DNA of 64,000 nt from a bacterium (GTDB taxonomy: Bacteria; Electryoneota; JAOADG01): the NCBI GenBank assembly GCA_963681965.1, contig OY820579.1:3680001-3744000 (forward strand). Direction: 5' to 3'. The stretch's first letter is position 1; the number at the start of each line of letters is the position of its first letter. This document shows positions 1 to 8,662 of the stretch, piece by piece. The notes beneath the pieces are model-generated. The model saw only the letters and a program-made list of their open reading frames with translations, searched no databases and was not told the origin of the DNA. The translations under genes were made by a program, and so were the position numbers.

Positions 1-901
1 CGAAGAATGCACCGAGGAATAAATTCGCCGCCGGTTTTTCCCGCAGCATGATGCCGCTGACACCGGCGGTAAAAGCGAATTGTTCTTCGGATAAGAATCG
101 GATATTGTCCGGCACAAATGCTTCCGGACGTCCGGCATTGACAGCGCCGGTGCGACACGCTTCTTCCGCGACAGGCACCACAAAACTCTGATTGAGCGGC
201 ACGATGATCGGCACGTCGTAGGTAGCGGTGCGATTCGATACTTCGGTGAGAATAATCATCGATGCAATCGTCTGGATATTGTCGACCCCTTGCGTACCGG
301 GAACATACAACACCGGTTTCCCCATCTCGGTCGCGCGACCGATCGCCTCGTCGATTGCGGCGAGACCGGCGATTCTCCGAACGAAGACCGGTTTTCCGTT
401 TCGCGCCCAATGCGTCATAATGAGGATCAGCGCGAACAATAACGCAATCGTGACAATCACCACCAATCGCTTCGCTTTGATCCACGATGGAATCGAGTGA
501 ACCGGTCCGGCTTTTTCCGATGTCACTGTGACACGATTGGCAGTATCGACTACAACCGTATCGCCGCGCCGAAATGCCATCGCATATTCGACCCGCAACC
601 GGTACCAGTAGTTCTTCTCCGGGAGCAACGCGTTTTCGCCGCCGGCGGAACCGTCATCGATAATGAATTTCGCATTGGTTTCGGGGGTCGCGACCGTCTT
701 CCATGGACCGGAGTCGGTCTCGGCGCGCTGCAACACAAAGAGATGGATGAAGGTGTCGGGCGGTTTCGGGAGTGAATCCCACTGAACTCGGATCGCTTTA
801 CCGGCGTCTTCCGGCACATCGGCGGCTTTCAAGCCGAAATCCCGGGCAACTGCCAAGCTGGCAATCAGGATGATGAGTAGAAATAGCGCGGTTCGGTACA
901 T
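1..901 (-). CDS. Membrane protein with N-terminal FN3-like region and DUF6754-like domain (3' end outside window)
   Basis: Absent from the ORF track. Read by hand: GGAGA RBS, ATG at 901, signal peptide MYRTALFLLIILIASLAVA, a TM helix, then VRRIAGLAAIDEAIGRATEMGKPVLYV...EEQFAFTAGVSGIMLREKPAANLFLGAFF, which I recognise as DUF6754-like; open to the window edge. Confidence 0.7.
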   Translation of the reverse strand, partial: MYRTALFLLIILIASLAVARDFGLKAADVPEDAGKAIRVQWDSLPKPPDTFIHLFVLQRAETDSGPWKTVATPETNAKFIIDDGSAGGENALLPEKNYWYRLRVEYAMAFRRGDTVVVDTANRVTVTSEKAGPVHSIPSWIKAKRLVVIVTIALLFALILIMTHWARNGKPVFVRRIAGLAAIDEAIGRATEMGKPVLYVPGTQGVDNIQTIASMIILTEVSNRTATYDVPIIVPLNQSFVVPVAEEACRTGAVNAGRPEAFVPDNIRFLSEEQFAFTAGVSGIMLREKPAANLFLGAFF

Positions 902-1268
902 CGCTTCTCCGCTTGGTTGGTGAATTTAGCTGAAAGATAGGAAGATTGGGGCCATGGGGAAAGGGAATGGGCTGATATTCGGTATTATCAATGCGGATAC
1001 GCAATTGTAGGCGTAATATGGTCGTTGAGAATACTCCGGTTCGGCAGGGTTAGCAACCTACTCTTTTTTCGTAGCGATAGGCACTCTTGCCTGTCGACCG
1101 ATTATGTGTCTGGCGAATGCCGGACTTGTACAGGCAGGAGTGCCTGTACCTACGGTAATCGATTACTATTCGGTTCAAGCGCTAGGCAAATATTGAGATC
1201 CTCAGTCCCCTTCTTTTGAGTAAGGGGGGCATCCCCGCATGCCTCCACTCTTGTATCAATTTCCGTTT

Positions 1269-1464
1269 GTAGCCGCAGGCTTCAGTCTGCGTTTTTGAAT
1301 CTTTTTTTATCTTTTCCCGATCTCCACTACCTATCTCCTAACTCCCATTATCTGCGTCAGGCGCTGCCTGCCGCTTGGGGATATGCGATTACCTTCGGTG
1401 AGCACTTCGTGGTTCGCCCAAACGAAAAGATAATAAAAGGGAGGGCTCGCGAGCCCTCCCCTAC
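1269..1464. repeat. REP-like GTAG-tagged palindromes
   Basis: gtagccgcaggcttcagtctgcg (1269-1291) and gggagggctcgcgagccctcccctac (1439-1464); both families recur elsewhere in the window. Confidence 0.75.
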
Positions 1465-1548
1465 TATCAGACACAAGTGGTGATCAGAAAATATTCTGAC
1501 CTACATCAATACAATCGCTATCCTCTCTTTACCAAGCACCGAGCACCA

Positions 1549-2592
1549 TCAATGCACCGGTCCAATATCCACCGCTAGTTCATGACCGGTCTTGGCGGCT
1601 TCGTAGATCGCTTCGACCACACGTAGCGCCTGCAAGCACTCCTTCGCGGTCGCACCCGGTTCGGTCTGACCGCGCAGCACTTCCACGAAATGGCGCAGCT
1701 CCGATTCGTAACTCGCGCGATGAATATCGATCGTCTTCAATGATTTCAGCGGATACTGATTAGTGATCTTGTCATTTTCGAGTACGTGTATCCGCACCGG
1801 ATTCACACACGCACGCCCCTTGGTTCCGGCAAAGACCGTCCATGCTTCACTGGTGTCGGCGATCAGCGACCACGACACTTCCAGCGTCACCATGATCCCT
1901 TTTTCGAGGTAGAGTGTCGCCATCGCGGTATCTTCCACACCGCCGCTATTCGCGACTTTGCGGATCATCCCACCGACGCGCGTCACCTTCGGATATTTCA
2001 GAATCCAGAGCAACAAATCGATCAACTGAATGCCGTAATCCATCAAGACACCGCCGCCGGAAATCTTCTTGTCGCGAACCCATTCCGGACGATTCCAATG
2101 ATCCCACTTTGTCATCCACCCCATGCGAACGCGATAGATGTCGCCGATCGTACCAGTCTTGACGAAATTCTTGACAATCCGCGCATCCTGCCGGAACCGC
2201 TGATTCATCAGCACCATCAGTTTCTTGTTGTTCTTCTCGGCACAGGCGATCATCTTCTCCGCTTCCGCCACGGATCGTGCCAGCGGTTTCTCGACAATCA
2301 CATCCAATCCATATTCGAGCGCACCGATTGCCAGCGGCAAGTGACTATTGTTTGGAGTCAGAATGAAGACACTGTCGAGTTTCTGCTCCATCATATCTTC
2401 GGGATTCTCGAACCATTTCAGCCGCTGCTTATGCGAATAGCGTTCCCCTTTGACTGAATCGAGATCGCTCACCCCAACCAGTTCTACCCCTTCGATCGAT
2501 CGCAAGAGTGGAATATGAACCAATTGTGCCATCGTACCCAGACCAATCACGCCAATCCGGATCGGTTTCTCATTGGATGTTTTCGCCGACAT
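1549..2592 (-). CDS. Gfo/Idh/MocA family oxidoreductase
   Basis: Rossmann IGVIGLGTMA, VEKPLA, GGGVLMDYGIQLID motifs. Confidence 0.92.
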   Translation of the reverse strand: MSAKTSNEKPIRIGVIGLGTMAQLVHIPLLRSIEGVELVGVSDLDSVKGERYSHKQRLKWFENPEDMMEQKLDSVFILTPNNSHLPLAIGALEYGLDVIVEKPLARSVAEAEKMIACAEKNNKKLMVLMNQRFRQDARIVKNFVKTGTIGDIYRVRMGWMTKWDHWNRPEWVRDKKISGGGVLMDYGIQLIDLLLWILKYPKVTRVGGMIRKVANSGGVEDTAMATLYLEKGIMVTLEVSWSLIADTSEAWTVFAGTKGRACVNPVRIHVLENDKITNQYPLKSLKTIDIHRASYESELRHFVEVLRGQTEPGATAKECLQALRVVEAIYEAAKTGHELAVDIGPVH

Positions 2593-2711
2593 AGTACCCT
2601 CACAAAATTGAAATGGTTAATCTAAAAAATAAGGTTGTTTCCCGCTGTTACCAATTCAAACCCGACTCGCTGAACAAATTTACGGTTCGCGGTAGCGAGT
2701 TGTCGTTGGTA

Positions 2712-2760
2712 GTAGGGGCGGACCCCCGTGTCCGCCCGCAGGTCAGGTGTAACCTGACAC
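2712..2760. repeat. REP-like palindrome plus second hairpin
   Basis: gtaggggcggacccccgtgtccgccc followed by gtcagg-tgtaa-cctgac; related copies near 15029 and 18522. Confidence 0.7.
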
Positions 2761-2786
2761 AGGATCCCGCTCTAGAAATTCGCTCG

Positions 2787-3644
2787 TTACGCTTCCGCCG
2801 CCTTCACGCAATTCGTCAGCAGTGAGGCAATCGTCATCGGTCCTACCCCTTTCGGTACGGGTGTGTGTCCCAACAGGTGCTCGGTCCGATCGAACAAGAC
2901 ATCGCCAGTCAACCGGTACCCCTTCGGATTGTCCGCCGGAACACGATTCATCCCGACATCGACAATCCAGCCACCCGGCTTGACCAATGATGCCGGAAAC
3001 AACCCCGCTACGCCGATTGCGGCAATCACGCCATCGGCACTGGCAATCAGCTCATTCAACCCTTCACTCCGGCTGTGCGCAACGGTGACTGTCGCATCCA
3101 CCCCTTTGTGCGAAAGCAGAATCGACATCGGTCGACCGACAATTTGCGAGCGTCCAATCACCAACACGTACTTTCCGGCAATCGGTGCATCGTAAAAGTG
3201 GAGCATCTCCATAATCCCGCCGGGTGTACACGGCAGAAACTTCGACGTCCCGAGTACCAATCGTCCGAGATTGCTCGAGGTGAGACAATCGGCATCCTTC
3301 TCCGGATTCACCATATCGAGCAAGATCCGCTCCGGCAGATGTTTCGGTAACGGTAACTGGATGATGAAGCCATCGATTGCCGGATCGAGGTTAAGCGAAT
3401 CCACTGCCGCCGCGACTTCTTCGAAGGTTGCGGTTTCCGGCAATTTGACGGTCCGCGAATGCAAACCATATTTCGCACACGCTTCACCTTTCATCCGGAC
3501 ATAGATCTCCGAAGCAGAATTATTTCCGACCAGCAACAAACCTAATCCCGGCGGTCGCCCTTTGGTCGCTTGAACGCGAATCGCAGCTTCACCGATTTTT
3601 CGGTATAACGATTCGGCAACGGGATTTCCTTCCCACAGTTTCAT
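2787..3644 (-). CDS. folD: Bifunctional methylenetetrahydrofolate dehydrogenase/cyclohydrolase
   Basis: YVRMK, IIQLPLP, PEKDADC, PCTPGGI, GRSQIVGRP, TPVPKGVGPMTIASL; start MKLW at 3644 overlaps the upstream stop (ATGA). Confidence 0.96.
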   Translation of the reverse strand: MKLWEGNPVAESLYRKIGEAAIRVQATKGRPPGLGLLLVGNNSASEIYVRMKGEACAKYGLHSRTVKLPETATFEEVAAAVDSLNLDPAIDGFIIQLPLPKHLPERILLDMVNPEKDADCLTSSNLGRLVLGTSKFLPCTPGGIMEMLHFYDAPIAGKYVLVIGRSQIVGRPMSILLSHKGVDATVTVAHSRSEGLNELIASADGVIAAIGVAGLFPASLVKPGGWIVDVGMNRVPADNPKGYRLTGDVLFDRTEHLLGHTPVPKGVGPMTIASLLTNCVKAAEA

Positions 3645-4606
3645 CCAGCATCCTCTTCGGTTATCGTTTGACTTGTAAGGTAGTCGTGCCACCCCTGCAT
3701 CGTTCCGGCAAACGCCAATAGCGGGATGATCGTCCGACCGCTCCACCAGAAATTAAAATTGTATTCGGCGATCCGGCATAATTTTTCAACCGGCAAATTT
3801 AGTATCTTTCGCTTCAAATAACCCCGGATTCCGGTTGTATCCAATGGTTGCTTGGGATCGAACAGCCAATGCAGACGTGCCGCGTAATACAGTTCCGGCG
3901 TTTCGGCAATCATCCGCGGTAAGCCTTGTGCCGCATATTTCCGTTTTACCTCGAATAGTTCGCTCATCGTTCGATGATGGTCGTGAAAGAATATGGCATC
4001 CGGTACTGCCGAGATCGGTACTTCTGCTGCTGCCAATTTCGCTCCCAGCGCCACATCCTCGCCACTGCGACCGGTCAGCCGCTCATCGAATGCTCCGTAC
4101 AACCAGAACAATCGTCGCTCAATTAAAAAACAGCCGCTTTGCAACAATCGCTGAGGGATCGATTTGGAACCGTAACGGTAAGCGGGACTGCGCAACACTT
4201 CGTACCGGCGAGCTGGACAAAACGCATCGGGATGGACAGCCAATGCTGCGAGTCGAACCTCACCCATCTCTCGCGCGCGCCAGAGCGATTGTACAAACCG
4301 GTCGTTTAATTCTCCATCACCGTCCAGAAATAGTAACCATTCGCCGTTCGCTAATTTTGCCGCACGATTCCGCGCTGCCGCCCGGCTCTCGTGCTTCGGA
4401 TTTGGATCGGCGATTTTAAACGAATAACAAAACGATTGGGTGATTAATGTTGGTATTGTATTATCGGTGGAACCATCATCGCTGTAAATCACTTCGAATG
4501 AAATCGCTTCGTCGAATCGCTGTTGCTCGATTCCGCGCAACAGCCGCAACACTTTTGTCCGCTGATTGTATCCCAGAACTAATATTGAGAGTTCGCAGTT
4601 GTTCAT
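3641..4606 (-). CDS. GT2 family glycosyltransferase
   Basis: YSDDGSTD, AAARNRAA, LLFLDGD, GED motifs. Confidence 0.9.
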   Translation of the reverse strand: MNNCELSILVLGYNQRTKVLRLLRGIEQQRFDEAISFEVIYSDDGSTDNTIPTLITQSFCYSFKIADPNPKHESRAAARNRAAKLANGEWLLFLDGDGELNDRFVQSLWRAREMGEVRLAALAVHPDAFCPARRYEVLRSPAYRYGSKSIPQRLLQSGCFLIERRLFWLYGAFDERLTGRSGEDVALGAKLAAAEVPISAVPDAIFFHDHHRTMSELFEVKRKYAAQGLPRMIAETPELYYAARLHWLFDPKQPLDTTGIRGYLKRKILNLPVEKLCRIAEYNFNFWWSGRTIIPLLAFAGTMQGWHDYLTSQTITEEDAG

Positions 4607-5751
4607 ATTCGTACCGGTGGCGGTGTAAAGGGTTTAAGCGGATCGGGAATTTTCTGCACCATTCCGTATTGCAATAAATATTCGTAAAAGTGCCGAAGTA
4701 CGACACGAACATCGTGATACTTTTCGACGAATCCTCGCCCTGCCAACGCCTGTCGGTGGCGCAATCCGGAATCGGCGATCAAATGCTCCAGCGCAGTTTC
4801 GACATTCTGCTCGTCGGCTAATTCAAACGGGTGGTCGGGCAAGAATTTCCGGTATTGTTCGCAGAATTTCGTCACGACCGGAATTCCCATCGCAAGGAAT
4901 TCGATCGACGACATCCCGTAGCCCCATCCACCGAGATCGGTCAATTGGTCGACGGCAAGATGACAAGTTTTTTTTCGCCGGATCGCTTCTTCGTGCGAGA
5001 CATTTTCAATCAACACCAACTCTACCGGAAATCCACGATGTTTCAGCGATTCGACTGCCCGAATCACCGCATCGGTTCCCTTCAACCGCCGATTTCGCGC
5101 AGCATGTCCGATCCGGAATACTTCCGGTTTGTCCACAAATTGATTAGGCGTAATCCCACTCAAATCGTACGGCAGATAGAGATAATTTAACTTCGGATGG
5201 AGGGTTATTAAATCCAATTCGCTGGTAAGCCGCAAGCGGCAATGATCGTCGACGGCTTTGATAACACCGCGATTGCGCACATCGGTCCCGTGATAAAACG
5301 CGACTGTTCCCTTACCACGCTTCAACAACTCTTTCACCCAGCGACCATCACGATAGAACTCCATTCCCATTTCAAATTGGTAGATATCGAATTCGTTCAA
5401 CTGGTATCGTGATTTTGCCCGTTCAATCAATGGTGTCCAAAGCGCTTCGCGCGACTTAAATACCCATGCGGACAATTTATCGTCGGGTTGCCACAACGGC
5501 GGTATGCCGGCTGGTGTCGGGCGTTCCGGATCGAGCGGTTGCTTCAGCATCCTTCGCCGGAATTCTTTTGCTTTGGCAAATAGACCACCGGTCGGCGAGA
5601 GCGGAAGATTCAACACGATATCCTCGTCGAAACCGAATTGATTCTGGAACAATGTGAGAAACCGCGCAATATCGCCGATTTCTTCGTGGGCTTTTCGCAG
5701 CGTAGTCAGAGTGCCGGAAATATGTTCGGGTGCGACATAGAGGAATTTCAT
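4603..5751 (-). CDS. GT-B (GT4-like) glycosyltransferase
   Basis: YHGTDVR, KGTDAV, GYGMSSIEFLAMGIPVV; ATGA overlaps on both sides. Confidence 0.85.
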   Translation of the reverse strand: MKFLYVAPEHISGTLTTLRKAHEEIGDIARFLTLFQNQFGFDEDIVLNLPLSPTGGLFAKAKEFRRRMLKQPLDPERPTPAGIPPLWQPDDKLSAWVFKSREALWTPLIERAKSRYQLNEFDIYQFEMGMEFYRDGRWVKELLKRGKGTVAFYHGTDVRNRGVIKAVDDHCRLRLTSELDLITLHPKLNYLYLPYDLSGITPNQFVDKPEVFRIGHAARNRRLKGTDAVIRAVESLKHRGFPVELVLIENVSHEEAIRRKKTCHLAVDQLTDLGGWGYGMSSIEFLAMGIPVVTKFCEQYRKFLPDHPFELADEQNVETALEHLIADSGLRHRQALAGRGFVEKYHDVRVVLRHFYEYLLQYGMVQKIPDPLKPFTPPPVRI

Positions 5752-6635
5752 GCCACTGGCCATCCGAGCATTTTCATCGCAGTTCTACCGATATCGTCCC
5801 ATTGCGCATCGTCATTCGGGTGGAATATTTTATCGCCCATGAAAATATTGACGACAGCTTCGCGCCACGGCACTTCTTCCAACAACGGTCCTTCCAATTG
5901 CAATTCGGGATTCCCCGGAAACGGTCTTCGAAACAATCGGTGTTGCAATTTCGACCAAGGATCGGGTGGATTTCGTTTTAATGGATCGGCTAGCGCAATG
6001 ACGGTAGCACCGCGCTGATGCGCCATTTCGACAACCGGGATCGTTCCGACTTTGTGATAGAAACTGGTGCGGGTAATCCGATCGGAACCGAGCAATAAGA
6101 CCGATTCGTCGTCCAATTTGGAGCTAATACCGGTATCGGTGAGAATTCTGACCGTCACACCGCGTTTGTAAAGTTGTTGTGCCAGCGCGACCCCTTCATT
6201 TCCGGGACGCCCTTCGGCGATAAAGACCGGTGGATCGGCACTGCTTCTGGTCGATAATAACTGCGATACGGTTGAGCCTGCCGAATACACAACAACGGGG
6301 GTATTCGCGATCTGGTCGCGGATAAATCGAACTTGGTGATTGCGATACTTATGTAAGATTTCGGAGAGTTCGGAGAGACTCACACAGAGATCGAACGGCG
6401 ACTCGTTTACCCAAACCGAAGCGTCGATACGCCATGCCAGCCATTCGATCGGCGAAAACCCGGGAATAGTTTCCAAAAGGATTCCCGGTAAACGCTCCGA
6501 TCCTTCTTGCCAGATGATTTCCCGACCGACAAATTTCCGCAGTGCGTGTACTGCTTCGAGTAGACAGGTCGTCGCCCCTTTGCTCATCGACGAGCCGATT
6601 CGACGCCAGTCGTTGATCAGCGGGGTAAGCATCAT
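5748..6635 (-). CDS. eIF-2B / ribose-1,5-bisphosphate isomerase superfamily protein
   Basis: YSAGSTV, IAEGRPGNEG, LLGSDRI, HKVGT match the IF-2B family C-terminal domain. Confidence 0.75.
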   Translation of the reverse strand: MMLTPLINDWRRIGSSMSKGATTCLLEAVHALRKFVGREIIWQEGSERLPGILLETIPGFSPIEWLAWRIDASVWVNESPFDLCVSLSELSEILHKYRNHQVRFIRDQIANTPVVVYSAGSTVSQLLSTRSSADPPVFIAEGRPGNEGVALAQQLYKRGVTVRILTDTGISSKLDDESVLLLGSDRITRTSFYHKVGTIPVVEMAHQRGATVIALADPLKRNPPDPWSKLQHRLFRRPFPGNPELQLEGPLLEEVPWREAVVNIFMGDKIFHPNDDAQWDDIGRTAMKMLGWPVA

Positions 6636-6902
6636 TTATTGCTGGAATATCGAGGTCATATCGAACTGATGATACTCCGCTAAGCAATATTTACACCCGT
6701 TGTACGGTGGTTTTGCATGCTCCAACATCAGCCGTTTCAGGGCATCGAGCGTAAAGATCTTCTTGCGGCGTTCTTTAGGAATTTTATTGAGATGGCATTC
6801 GTATTTCGGGCTCGAAGCGTCGTGAATAATGTGAGTTTCCAAATCGAGGATAAACATCTTTGTTCCTTCACTTTCCAATTGAGAATACGATTTGTATTCC
6901 AA
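6636..6902 (-). CDS. Small hypothetical protein, putative metal-binding (H..C..CxxC)
   Basis: Fills the gap in a packed operon; TTG start; HIIHD...ECH...YNGCKYC. Confidence 0.6.
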   Translation of the reverse strand: MEYKSYSQLESEGTKMFILDLETHIIHDASSPKYECHLNKIPKERRKKIFTLDALKRLMLEHAKPPYNGCKYCLAEYHQFDMTSIFQQ

Positions 6903-6932
6903 ATTTCATACCGTAGCGGAACCGATCGGAGA

Positions 6933-7343
6933 TTACATTGCCACCCGGTTTCCCGCGACCCATTCTTTCATGTAACCAATCGCCTCACTAGTTGGCGTTC
7001 CCGGTCCAAACAGTCGACCCACACCCATCGCTTCCAGCGCAGTCATGTCCTCTTTCGGAATGATGCCGCCACCAGTCAGCAAGACATCGGTGAGTCCGCG
7101 TTCGTGCATCAGTTTCAGAACTGCGGGGAATAGTGTCATGTGAGCGCCGGATAAAATCGATAGCGCAACGATGTCGACATCTTCTTGAATCGCCGATTCG
7201 ACAATCATATCCGGAGTTTGGCGAAGACCGGTGTAAATCACTTCCATACCGGCATCACGGCAAGCAGCAGCCATCACTTTCGCACCGCGATCGTGTCCAT
7301 CGAGTCCGGGTTTGGCAATCAGGATCCGAATTTTCTTATCCAT
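6933..7343 (-). CDS. Acyl-CoA mutase small subunit (cobalamin-binding domain)
   Basis: [10 protein letters not shown] (DxHxxG), SILSGAH, GGGIIP. Confidence 0.95.
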   Translation of the reverse strand: MDKKIRILIAKPGLDGHDRGAKVMAAACRDAGMEVIYTGLRQTPDMIVESAIQEDVDIVALSILSGAHMTLFPAVLKLMHERGLTDVLLTGGGIIPKEDMTALEAMGVGRLFGPGTPTSEAIGYMKEWVAGNRVAM

Positions 7344-7501
7344 AAACTAACTCACTTCCAACAACGAATTTTGTTTCAGAATCGAACCGAACCTACGAAC
7401 GGTTTCAGATTGTCGGTAGAACATTACAAATTAGGGCTTCTAGACATCCAGTGCAAAGTCGTGGTAGACGATTATCAATTGATTGTAACATCTTTTACTA
7501 T

Positions 7502-8662
7502 TCAATTTAGCGAGTGTTTCACTTCCGTCAGTACTAGTGGTAACCGAAGCATGAAAATTGTGCCGAATTCCGCATCCGAGGTGAATGAAACCGATCCCTG
7601 AAGATAGCGTTCCGTAAGCAACAAGATGCTATAGGTTCCAATTCCCCGACCCTTTCCTTTGGTCGAGAAGGAGCGTTGAAACATCTGCATTTTCACTTCC
7701 GGTGCCATTTCACACGAATTGTGAATGGTGATCTTCAGCGTATCGGCATCGCGGAGACAGCTAATTGTGACTGCGTCGCCTTTGGACGATGCCTCGAGCG
7801 CGTTTTTGATCAAATTGATGAGTACCCGTCTCAGAATCGATTGATCGGTTGCGATCAAAACATCTTTTGATTCTTTATGAATTACAATCGCTTTTTCTTT
7901 GGCGAAAGAATAGCTTCGACAATATTGAATAGCATCGTCGAACAAATTATGGATTGAATAAACTCCGAATTCGAGACTCAGTTCATCGCGTTCAGCCAAT
8001 AATAACTGCCGTTGCGCCTTAATATCTTCGATCATCCCTTTGGTTAGATCGGGAAGCCGAGTCATAATACTTCGCATCATCTCCGGATCATCGGTCCGAG
8101 CGCCATTATCAGCCAAGCCATAAATTGCAAACGCGGAATTGAGAATATCGTGGAAGAAGATTTGTTCCAGTACTTCCATACGCTTTTGTTCGCTGATATT
8201 GGTGATCGAAAATAGCGTATAAAATTCGTCATGAACCCAAACGGGAGAAGCATTTACCCGCAACTCGATCGCTTCGACCCGTTCGTTGCGTCGAACCGTC
8301 ATCCGGCATTCCCGGGTGGCGTGCTCACCGACCTGACTACTCAAGATCGCAATCACCGCACCGCAATACCGGCAATATTCGGTTGTACCACATCCACCTT
8401 CGGTTTCGCAACTATGTATACAAGAAAATAGTTCACCGGGTCGAATTCCGAGGATCTGACTATCATCGGTGATACAGAGATCTCGCATCAACTGCGCATT
8501 GTAAAACACAATCTGTCGTTGTCGATTCAAGATCAATACAATATTCGGCATACCATCGATAAACGCCTTGATATGCTCAGAAACTGCGATCTGAATATTA
8601 TGTTCTTGAATCGAGCTTTTATCGGCACGTACTGCCGGAGCGAAAGCTGTAGTATTTGTCAT
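7502..8662 (-). CDS. PAS-domain sensor histidine kinase with Cys-rich insert
   Basis: H-box FFHDILN, N-box NLIKNALEA, FSTKGKGRGIGTY; start MTNTT overlaps the mutase stop (TGATG). Confidence 0.9.
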   Translation of the reverse strand: MTNTTAFAPAVRADKSSIQEHNIQIAVSEHIKAFIDGMPNIVLILNRQRQIVFYNAQLMRDLCITDDSQILGIRPGELFSCIHSCETEGGCGTTEYCRYCGAVIAILSSQVGEHATRECRMTVRRNERVEAIELRVNASPVWVHDEFYTLFSITNISEQKRMEVLEQIFFHDILNSAFAIYGLADNGARTDDPEMMRSIMTRLPDLTKGMIEDIKAQRQLLLAERDELSLEFGVYSIHNLFDDAIQYCRSYSFAKEKAIVIHKESKDVLIATDQSILRRVLINLIKNALEASSKGDAVTISCLRDADTLKITIHNSCEMAPEVKMQMFQRSFSTKGKGRGIGTYSILLLTERYLQGSVSFTSDAEFGTIFMLRLPLVLTEVKHSLN

